From contig MTSL01000113.1 of NCBI GenBank assembly GCA_002794465.1, positions 1,910 to 33,909 on the forward strand: a DNA stretch of 32,000 nucleotides, read 5' to 3'. Source of the stretch: Paramicrosporidium saccamoebae KSL3 (taxonomy: Eukaryota > Fungi > Cryptomycota). Made by a program: the position numbers and the translations under genes. Every line of letters starts with the position of its first letter. The stretch's first letter is position 1. Of this stretch, positions 1-8,102 are shown piece after piece. Under the pieces are notes generated by a model. It saw only the letters and a list, made by a program, of their open reading frames with translations, was not told the origin of the DNA and did not search any database.

Positions 1-1616
1 TCATCAAATGTCTCGGCTGAGGTTGCACGGGGTATCACTGGCGACTCCTCGGAAAGAGCCTCCTGCTCCAGTTCGGATATTTCCTCATCCGTAATCGCCA
101 GATTCTCATCCAAGGCATCATAGAACTCTTCGTCCATCATGGGCGAGCTGACTTTGGTTGAATATTCTCCAGCACTGGCTGAACAATCTCCAGTCTGAGT
201 TGGATATTCGCCAGTTCGAGCTGAATACTCGCCACTTCGGGCGGAATACTCGTCATTTATAGTCATTTTGGTTTTGTTTAGATTTCTGCGCAGTGCTTCC
301 TCTACCATGGCCCTCTGTCGAACTTCAGCGTTCAGACGACCTTGCCAGTATTCTTCACGCTCACTGCAGAGACGGAAGAACTCCTGAAGGGATTGTAACA
401 TATGCTGGCACACGGAGTCAGGAGCAGCTCCCAATTGGACCATTGGGGAAGATCCGCTATTCGTCGGATGGGATTGCACCAATTGGTCAAGACACTTTTT
501 GGCTGCCTCCAAAGTCTCCAAAAAGTCTTCAGACGGATCGACCATGGAGGTTTGAGAACGACGATGTAAAGTATCGGCAACCTTTAGGGCACGCTGATTC
601 TCGGTCAAATCATCCTCGACCAGATCGCGTTGCCACCGACCAAGCGCCATCACCCACCTACTCGCTTCAGCCTGTGTGTAGGCGCGAAAGTAGAGCGAAT
701 ACTTGGCCGCTCTTAATTCAAAGCTGACCCGCTCCCCCGGAGGACAGACGAGCTTGGCAAACTGCACACTGATACTTCCTTTGCATCTCACTGGAAAGTC
801 CGCTTCGGATTTGAAATAGGACAAGATTCCGTCTTCAAGGACTATAAAGCGTCGTTTGTATCCACTGGCAAAATTGACATATTTCATCAGATAGCCACTT
901 AGTCGGGCGCTATTATCGGCAGGGATTTCGGGCGATCCCACCATGGGTGCTTCCTTCAAGAGCTGTCTAATTTCCACCGATTGGGTAATCTCTAGAGGCA
1001 GTTTTCCCTTTTTGTTTTTTGCAAATGGATCTGCTCCTATGGACAAACATGCCTGCACCACTTCGGGCTTGCCACTCTTCACAGCTCGATGGAGCAGCGT
1101 CTCTCCCGAAGTGTCGGCCTCGCCAAGATCCACCAGATTCTTGGCCCGCTCGCTCATCATACACGTCCGAATCCGCTCCACATCACCCTTTTGCACGGCC
1201 GAGAAGAGGTCGGCTGTTGTCGAGGCAACAAAGCAGCTCCGGGCATATTGGAAGGCAGCCTCAATTTGACGGGTTTTGGAGACTTCAATAGGCGTCCTAT
1301 CTTTGCTGTCGCGCAATGTGTCATCAATGTTTGGAGCGGCTAACAGCACTTCGACAGTGGAGAGTCTACCCGCCGCGGCGGCCACGTGGAGTGCAGTGGA
1401 GCCATCTTCCCGCGGGGCATTTGCGTCCACGCCGGCCCCAAGAAGCGAACGTGTCAGTTCTGTGGGGCCATGGAATGCCGAAAGGTGCAATACAGTAGAG
1501 CCGTCGGTCGTGCGGTACTCTGCCAGCGTTGTTCCAAATTTTTCCACAATCCTACGCACATTGCTCAGCACGCCCTCGTCAACCGCCAGGAGGATTTTCT
1601 CATGGATATCCGCCAT
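1..1616 (-). CDS. OSH1/OSH2: Oxysterol-binding protein homolog, Osh1/Osh2 (ORP1L) type; 5' part only, truncated at the window edge
   Basis: Manual minus-strand translation from ATG 1616 is open to position 1. It shows ankyrin repeats (DGSTVLHLSAFHG, DGSTALHVAAAAG, GETLLHRAVKSG), a PH domain (SGYLMKYVNFASGYKRRFIVLEDGILSYFK) and an FFAT-like motif (EEFYDALDE). It is absent from the ORF track because no stop lies in the window. Confidence 0.92.
   Translation of the reverse strand, partial: MADIHEKILLAVDEGVLSNVRRIVEKFGTTLAEYRTTDGSTVLHLSAFHGPTELTRSLLGAGVDANAPREDGSTALHVAAAAGRLSTVEVLLAAPNIDDTLRDSKDRTPIEVSKTRQIEAAFQYARSCFVASTTADLFSAVQKGDVERIRTCMMSERAKNLVDLGEADTSGETLLHRAVKSGKPEVVQACLSIGADPFAKNKKGKLPLEITQSVEIRQLLKEAPMVGSPEIPADNSARLSGYLMKYVNFASGYKRRFIVLEDGILSYFKSEADFPVRCKGSISVQFAKLVCPPGERVSFELRAAKYSLYFRAYTQAEASRWVMALGRWQRDLVEDDLTENQRALKVADTLHRRSQTSMVDPSEDFLETLEAAKKCLDQLVQSHPTNSGSSPMVQLGAAPDSVCQHMLQSLQEFFRLCSEREEYWQGRLNAEVRQRAMVEEALRRNLNKTKMTINDEYSARSGEYSARTGEYPTQTGDCSASAGEYSTKVSSPMMDEEFYDALDENLAITDEEISELEQEALSEESPVIPRATSAETFD
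150..254 (-). repeat. In-frame 21-bp minisatellite, 5 units, encoding (G/D)EYSARS-like heptads
   Basis: Units at 150-170, 171-191, 192-212, 213-233 and 234-254 translate to DEYSARS GEYSART GEYPTQT GDCSASA GEYSTKV. Confidence 0.85.
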
Positions 1617-1850
1617 TATCTGTTGACACAGACCAGAGCAGAGCAGAACAGCGCGAGCACCAATCAACAGCCGATATCCCCATAACTTTTCCTAATCGGG
1701 ATACAAATTGTGCAATCCAAATTGGGAGACGCCCCCCACTGGCCAATAGGTGCCTCATGATGGAGTTTTATTGGCTGACGTGTTACTAAATTTAACTCTG
1801 ACGCATAATATAAAACCACTTGCTGACCTTGGACAGCAAGTGTCTAAAGC

Positions 1851-2501
1851 ATGAACGATACAAAAGAAATGAGTGAGACGACCAAGCTACTTGAGGAGGG
1901 AGACCACAAGCAGGCGATAGCAAAGGCGGAACGTGAATTGCTGGGACCCGTCTACGATCCGGAGGAACACGTCCAGCCGCTCCCCTCCATCTTTGGTATT
2001 ACTGATTGTGCGGCCTTTATGCTTGGATATTTGATGCTTGCGGTAGGAGCCAATGCCTACATGGCCACCAAGTATTCTGGCACGGCCACCTACTTTTACA
2101 CTGTCAATGCCGCCTTTTCTTTTGTGGGTCTGATCGGCCTGACTATGCTGCATCCGCTGACCATGTTCATTTATGGAGGCTATCTCTGTGCATCCTTCCT
2201 ATTCAGTGCTGTCATATCAGGAGGAGTGGTACTTTTCATCTTGCAGAGCAATGTGTGTGAGGTTGTGGAAGAGATTATGCCGGGTCGCAAGATTCGAGAG
2301 CTCTGTATTTCTGGACCTGGTAATTTCCAAGCCACTGCAGTGGCTACTGTGCTCCTAGAACTTGGTCTGGAAGTGTTTGTCATGTGGCAATTGAAGAAAA
2401 TGTATGATTATGCCATTCAATGTCCCGTGAACTTGCCAAAGGGATCCAAATGGGGCCCACCCAAGGGCAAGCTTGGATCAGTGGCCATCACTGAGCCGTA
2501 A
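1851..2501 (+). CDS. Hypothetical four-transmembrane protein, 216 aa
   Basis: Open ORF with four hydrophobic segments and a two-Cys loop between TM3 and TM4. It is divergent from the OSH gene and followed by AATAAA at 2511-2516. Confidence 0.75.
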   Translation: MNDTKEMSETTKLLEEGDHKQAIAKAERELLGPVYDPEEHVQPLPSIFGITDCAAFMLGYLMLAVGANAYMATKYSGTATYFYTVNAAFSFVGLIGLTMLHPLTMFIYGGYLCASFLFSAVISGGVVLFILQSNVCEVVEEIMPGRKIRELCISGPGNFQATAVATVLLELGLEVFVMWQLKKMYDYAIQCPVNLPKGSKWGPPKGKLGSVAITEP

Positions 2502-2793
2502 AGTGTTTCCAATAAAAATGCCAATTGAATTACAGCTGTGAGAGATATAGGGGGGAGTGTGAATGTGAGTCATAGGTGTGGGCTATAGATGCGAGTCACA
2601 GTGTAACTGCACTGTTAAGCATGTGCGATAATAGTTCCTGTACCTATAGGGGTCCTACGTCCCCGTGTCGTAAGAAATAAACGATAATAGTATTAATGTT
2701 TATCAACTCGACTTTGAAATCACAGTACAGCATACGCCCCACAAGTGCAACCTATAAAAACAACGACGCTGATTGGTGGACGCTTTTCTGACC

Positions 2794-5700
2794 ATGAGCG
2801 AAAAGGATACGGCTGTTCCTCCCCGTATTAGGCTCCATGACGACCTGAGTGCGGTGGCACGTGTCACACAGACATGGACAGAGCCTATACTCGACAAGGC
2901 ACGGCATGATATTCTTGGTCTGAAAGATTTGGGACCCCCTCCGGCCTGGCTTGCCACTGAGCTGTCCACGAAGCGATTCTTGCATTTTTGGACCGAGGCC
3001 AAACGGAAACAGAAGAGCTGGTTTTGGATAGTTTATCGGTTTGCGAGACGAGATCTGGGATACAGTGCTCTAGCCTCATTCGGATGCGATATTTTCTTGT
3101 GGCTACAGACCTTTTTACTGAAGAGCATTGTCAAGGGAATGTCTCAGAATGAAGACCAAATGAAGCTTTATTCTTTTGCTACGCTGCTCTGTTTAGTTTC
3201 CATGGCGCGTCTATGGTTGCTGACATATTCAACCGGAAAATTATTTGATGTGGGCTACGTGACGCGGTCAGCGATCATGGGAGCAATCTATCGCCGGTCG
3301 CTACACTTTGCCAATGGGCCGCGTCAAAAGTATTGTGGAGGAAGAGGCATCACCGTCTTGACAAACGATAGCAGCAGAATTTGCTCCACAGTCGTCTTGA
3401 CAAATTTTCTGTGGCTCCTGCCAGTCCGTATTCTCACATCTATCTGTTTTGCATATTATTACATTGGACCCTTTGCGATCCCTGCAATCGCCTTTATTGT
3501 CATGACCACTGCCTCTCTGTATATTGTTGCACGAATGCTGAGAACCCGACGCAACAGACTGGCAGTCGCCATAGATGCGCGGATGGGTCTGACACAGGAA
3601 TGTCTGCAGAACATCAAAGTGGTCAAGTATTTGGCATTGGAGGACATGTGTGCCGCCAAGGTGGACAAGGCCCGGAGTGAAGAATTGGGTCTGCTGTTCA
3701 GCACTAATGGAATAACGGCTGTTTGTGGTGCAGTAGACTTTTGGGCGCCCATCTTTGCCGCCACCTTATCCGTGTCACTGATGGCGTTCTACGGTTCTCC
3801 AGTTGCACCGGACAAGGTTATTGCCTTTATGCAGGCCTGTATTGCACTTACGGTGCCACTCTGGGTATTACCGTCTCTAGTGGGAAGTCTTGTCGCCAGC
3901 AAAGTATCTATTAAGCGTATCGATGATATTCTACAAGCTGCAAGCGTCAGCACTTCAAATAGCCCCATCATGCTGGAAAAGGAAGAAAAGGCTGTGATCC
4001 TGGAAGATGCAACATTTCAATGGGACGCCCCACCACCTGATTTAAAGAAGAAGAAGAAGAATAAACGCAGCGCAAGAGTTTCGGTTCATCCAATGCAAGA
4101 GAAAGCCCTCTTTTCGCTAAATTCAATGGCCATGATTATCCCTAGAGGAAGTCTTGTGGCAATTATTGGGAAATCGGGATCTGGAAAAACTTCACTTCTT
4201 GCAGCACTGGTTGGAGATATGCAATTAAAAAGTGGCAAGCGCTCCATGTACGGCAGTATTGGCATCTGTGAGCAAAATGGCTGGCTCGTCAATGCGACTG
4301 TGAGGGAGAATATCCTCTTTGGTCTGCCCTATGATCAGGCCCACTATTTAAAAGTAATTAGACAGTGTGCTCTGGAGACGGACCTGTCTACATTTCCCTC
4401 GGGCGATTCTACGATGATTGGCGAACGCGGTGCAACTGTCAGCGGAGGACAACGACAGAGAATAGGACTTGCCCGGGTAGCATATGCCCAGCCAGAGATT
4501 GCTCTACTGGACGACCCGCTTTCGGCCGTAGATGCAAAGGTCGGACAGTGTTTATTCTTTGACTGCATCAAACATGGCACGCTCAAGCAGTCCACAAGAA
4601 TCCTGACCACTCACCATACGGGATTTCTGTCTGCCTGTGACATTATCATTGCCATGGACGACGGGAGAATTACTGCCATGGGAAAGTTCCAGGAACTTTT
4701 ACATTCAATCAGTCCGAGCCACTCGACGGTCCGTGACATTTTGCTAAAATCTCCCGTGTACAGCCACGACCAGCCTCCCGTAGACACTACATCAGAATGT
4801 GTAGTTGCTAATTCGACGGGAGTGGAGGAGGCGCAGTATTGTGAAAATGTCAATCGACATGCTGGCAAGGCGGCTCTCAGAACCTATATCAGAGCCCTGG
4901 GAGGTTGGTGGCCGATTGTATTGTTGGGAATTATTGCAATCACGGCAGAAATATTCAAAGTCGCCCGAGAGTATCATCTGCGAGTCATCATCAGGGGAGG
5001 AGGCGAGAATGTTGTTGGGGTAACCGCAGAGGACAGGTTGACCGCCGCCATCATTTATGGCATTCTGGGATTCCTTCAAGGCCTCTTTTCCGGCGTTGCC
5101 TCCATCTTTGCCGTCTGGCTATGTCAACGTGCCGCAGAGCGACTCCATAAAGAGTGCATAGACAGACTGCTGGCTGCTCGATTGTCCGTCTTTGATGTCA
5201 CGCCGGTTGGACGAATCTTGAACCGGTTTAGCCACGATTTGGACACGATTGATTCCAACTTTCCCGATCGATTTACTCAGCTCCTCATGTGCTTTTCCAC
5301 AGTCTTCTCGACAGTCCTCCTGTTTGGCGCATACTATCCACGCATTCTGCCCACTATTGTGATCCCCCTAGTGTTTTCATTCTTCTTGCTCCAGAAATTC
5401 CGACGAGGATGGCGTCAACTACAGCAGCTAATAGGCATATCCCTTGGGCCAATTGTCTCGCATTACACGGAGAGTCTGTCGGGTCTGACTACAATCCGGA
5501 CCTTTGGACAGGAAAACTGGTTCACTAGCAAATTTGATGCGTTTGCTGATCTCCACGCCTACTCTTGCATTTGGAGGATGGCGGTACGTCGGTGGGTGTC
5601 ACTGAGAGCAGAGGCGGTTTGGATTGCATACTTGTCCATTCTCGCTGCCTTCTGTGTGTGGCTCAAGAGTCCGGCAGACATTACCGGCCAGATTCTCATG

Positions 5701-6597
5701 TACGTCTGCATGACCATTGATTCAGTGGATTGGTCAATGAGACATTTTGCCGAGTTGGAATCGAGTTTTGTGTCAGTAGAGCGTCTCCCCCAATACATTA
5801 TGGCCCTTGAGACTGAGGTAGAGTCTTCAGTTGTGACGAGTCCAACAAACTGGCCGAGCCAGGGAAGAGTAGAATTTCTAAACGTCATGGTTCAGTACAA
5901 GCCCAGTTTGCCGGCGGTCGTCTCGGGCTTTAATTATCTATTTGCCCCAGGAAAGCGAGTGGCCATTGTGGGTCGATCTGGAGCGGGAAAATCAACAATC
6001 ATTGCCGCCCTGTTCCGCTTCACAGAGTTGGTGGAGGGTGCAATTCTCATTGACGGAGTTGATATTGCAACAGTCCCCATGAAGCAGTTGAGAACGGCTC
6101 TGGCCATGGTGCCGCAAGACCCGGTATTGTTCACCGGGACGCTTCGGAGTAATCTTGATCCGTCTGGACATTATTCCGACGAAAAACTCTGGAAGACTTT
6201 GACTGAAGTCAAGATGCGCGAGGAGATTATGGAGAATCCCCAGAAGCTTGACATGGTGATTGACGAGACGGGCGGTGGATTCTCTGTAGGCCAACGCCAA
6301 TTATTGTGTCTGGCCCGTGCTCTTTTGCGTGGTTCCAAGATTATAGTTATGGATGAGGCCACGTCCAATCTGGATCGCGAGACGGAAGCCCTGATGCAGG
6401 AAGGTCTTACTGATGCCATGAGTGGGGTCACTGTGATCACCATTGCACATCGTTTAGAGACGATCATAGGCCACGACGAGGTCATTGTGATGGGAAACGG
6501 GAGAATCATTGAACATGGAAAACCTTCAGAGTTGGCTCACGCCGGAGGAGAATTCACAATGATGCTGAAAGCTGCAAGCGTCAATTTTGGAGCTTAG
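2794..6597 (+). CDS. ABCC/MRP-family full ABC transporter (TMD-NBD-TMD-NBD, no TMD0; Yor1/MRP4-like)
   Basis: NBD1 has GKSGSGKTS, VSGGQRQRIGLAR and LLDDPLSAVD. NBD2 has GRSGAGKS, PQDPVLFTGTLRSNLDP, FSVGQRQLLCLARAL, MDEATS and IAHRL. The first ATG is at 2794; the ORF track starts at a TTG at 2773. Confidence 0.95.
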   Translation: MSEKDTAVPPRIRLHDDLSAVARVTQTWTEPILDKARHDILGLKDLGPPPAWLATELSTKRFLHFWTEAKRKQKSWFWIVYRFARRDLGYSALASFGCDIFLWLQTFLLKSIVKGMSQNEDQMKLYSFATLLCLVSMARLWLLTYSTGKLFDVGYVTRSAIMGAIYRRSLHFANGPRQKYCGGRGITVLTNDSSRICSTVVLTNFLWLLPVRILTSICFAYYYIGPFAIPAIAFIVMTTASLYIVARMLRTRRNRLAVAIDARMGLTQECLQNIKVVKYLALEDMCAAKVDKARSEELGLLFSTNGITAVCGAVDFWAPIFAATLSVSLMAFYGSPVAPDKVIAFMQACIALTVPLWVLPSLVGSLVASKVSIKRIDDILQAASVSTSNSPIMLEKEEKAVILEDATFQWDAPPPDLKKKKKNKRSARVSVHPMQEKALFSLNSMAMIIPRGSLVAIIGKSGSGKTSLLAALVGDMQLKSGKRSMYGSIGICEQNGWLVNATVRENILFGLPYDQAHYLKVIRQCALETDLSTFPSGDSTMIGERGATVSGGQRQRIGLARVAYAQPEIALLDDPLSAVDAKVGQCLFFDCIKHGTLKQSTRILTTHHTGFLSACDIIIAMDDGRITAMGKFQELLHSISPSHSTVRDILLKSPVYSHDQPPVDTTSECVVANSTGVEEAQYCENVNRHAGKAALRTYIRALGGWWPIVLLGIIAITAEIFKVAREYHLRVIIRGGGENVVGVTAEDRLTAAIIYGILGFLQGLFSGVASIFAVWLCQRAAERLHKECIDRLLAARLSVFDVTPVGRILNRFSHDLDTIDSNFPDRFTQLLMCFSTVFSTVLLFGAYYPRILPTIVIPLVFSFFLLQKFRRGWRQLQQLIGISLGPIVSHYTESLSGLTTIRTFGQENWFTSKFDAFADLHAYSCIWRMAVRRWVSLRAEAVWIAYLSILAAFCVWLKSPADITGQILMYVCMTIDSVDWSMRHFAELESSFVSVERLPQYIMALETEVESSVVTSPTNWPSQGRVEFLNVMVQYKPSLPAVVSGFNYLFAPGKRVAIVGRSGAGKSTIIAALFRFTELVEGAILIDGVDIATVPMKQLRTALAMVPQDPVLFTGTLRSNLDPSGHYSDEKLWKTLTEVKMREEIMENPQKLDMVIDETGGGFSVGQRQLLCLARALLRGSKIIVMDEATSNLDRETEALMQEGLTDAMSGVTVITIAHRLETIIGHDEVIVMGNGRIIEHGKPSELAHAGGEFTMMLKAASVNFGA

Positions 6598-6809
6598 AGA
6601 GCTCATGATAATAGTCATTTAATGGATAGAAAATGCCCCAATAAAGAGATTAAATTAAAGTAAAGATCCTATCCCTTTATGATGGGCATTTTAATCCTAT
6701 TCCCGTTAGGTATTCCCGCGATCCCGTCAGCCACCCCACAATCTCCTTAGTTACCCCCGATTCAAGCCCTGGTATATACATACCACCTTACAGAACTCTA
6801 ATATTCGCC

Positions 6810-7835
6810 ATGTTAATTCGACGTGTAATTGCTCATTCTTGCAAGCGTCTTTCAGTGTATGGAGGACCATTATGTAGAGTTAGACTGTCGACAGAGTCTC
6901 GCGCGACCCAGAAGGAGACGACTGGAATTGCTGGTCAGGCCCCGCTTCGCGCTGGGGTTGGCGCTAAACGGACCGTTATCCGTCGACGCATTGGTGCTGC
7001 TCCTGAAAAGTATACAGTCGTGGCCACTTGCACTGCTCAGGCCTATAATATCAACCGGTTGGGGAAATATCTGACAGAAACGTTGGGAAAAGCGGCATGC
7101 ATCCAAGAGGATGTTTGGCACGTGAATCTGAATGGTAAAATTGAAGCATTCTTCTTTGGCGATGGATGCTTTGTCCTATGGGGAGCACAAGATGACGTTG
7201 CCTCTTATTCAACAAAACTGCGGAGAGAACTACGACCTTTTGAGCTTGGATCAATGTCAGAGGTGGAGACTGAAATGCTATTTTATAGACAAAACGTATC
7301 GGAGCAATTCTTTGCTGGAATGGAGGGTGAGACGATTATTGTTGACATTGCCGAGTCGGAGAGGCTTGAAGGGATTCGGGCAAAGTTGGCCTTTTCGAAT
7401 GGGCTGGCTGATTCAGTCAAGCTCGCTGTTTTGGAGAATGCGTTAGAGGAACACATTGAGCGGGTAAAACCGATCCCACTGGCGCTAGCGAGTGGCAAGC
7501 GTCTGAATGTTGGCCGAGCCGAGGTTCTCAAGCTCACAGGAGAACTGCTCAAATTTCGGGCAGATCTAAACTTGCATTCCGAGCTTACAGACACTCCGGA
7601 CATGTACTGGAGTGAGCCACAGTTGGAGGAACTTTATCATAGAGTGGCCAGAGTACTAGATCTCAGACATCGGGGCCATATTCTGAACAAGCGACTGGAT
7701 TATGCCAATGAGCTGGCATCGGTGCTTCGGTCTCATTTAAGTGAAGAGCACGGCCTAAAGCTAGAATGGGGTATTATTGCCTTGATTGCCGTAGAGGTAG
7801 CATTTGAGACTCTCCACTGGCTAGTTGACCCGTGA
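6810..7835 (+). CDS. RMND1: RMND1/Sif2/RMD1 family (DUF155) protein, probably the mitochondrial RMND1/Mrx10 type
   Basis: Family motifs AFFFGDGCFVLWG, AFSNGLADSVKLAVLE, LNLHSELTDTPDMYW and LEWGIIALIAVEV. The Arg-rich, acid-poor N-terminus resembles a mitochondrial presequence. Confidence 0.88.
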   Translation: MLIRRVIAHSCKRLSVYGGPLCRVRLSTESRATQKETTGIAGQAPLRAGVGAKRTVIRRRIGAAPEKYTVVATCTAQAYNINRLGKYLTETLGKAACIQEDVWHVNLNGKIEAFFFGDGCFVLWGAQDDVASYSTKLRRELRPFELGSMSEVETEMLFYRQNVSEQFFAGMEGETIIVDIAESERLEGIRAKLAFSNGLADSVKLAVLENALEEHIERVKPIPLALASGKRLNVGRAEVLKLTGELLKFRADLNLHSELTDTPDMYWSEPQLEELYHRVARVLDLRHRGHILNKRLDYANELASVLRSHLSEEHGLKLEWGIIALIAVEVAFETLHWLVDP

Positions 7836-7838
7836 TAC

Positions 7839-7878
7839 TGGGATAGTGGGATAGTGGGATAGTGGGATAGTGGGATCG
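7839..7878 (+). repeat. 8-bp tandem repeat (TGGGATAG)x5, last copy TGGGATCG
   Basis: Directly visible 3 bp after the RMND1 stop codon. Confidence 0.95.
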
Positions 7879-8102
7879 TGGATCCGGAAATGGAAAAGAT
7901 AAATTTGTGACTGTCTCTGTGGAAGGTTAATGGTGAATCTGAGAGTACGCAGTCCATTATTTACAAGCCCAGCACTCTAGAGTAACGGTAATAAAATCAA
8001 GTCCATCGACAGCTTAATGGGTTCATAAAGATTTGCGCAACCACCAATCATGAGATTTCCCTACCGACCTCGGAAACGAATAATAGCATTTCGTTCCACC
8101 TC

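Noticed and set aside
293-1789. Plus-strand ORFs 293-727, 943-1269, 1276-1626 and others
   Set aside because: They are antisense shadows of the minus-strand Osh1/2 gene, which has clear domain motifs.
2566-2573. TGAGTCAT Gcn4/AP-1 site upstream of the ABC transporter
   Set aside because: A single 7-8-mer is expected by chance in 32 kb and has no independent support.
7906-8011. TGTGAC...TCGACA as another solo LTR
   Set aside because: The flanks AATT and GCTT do not match and there is no similarity to the three-copy family.
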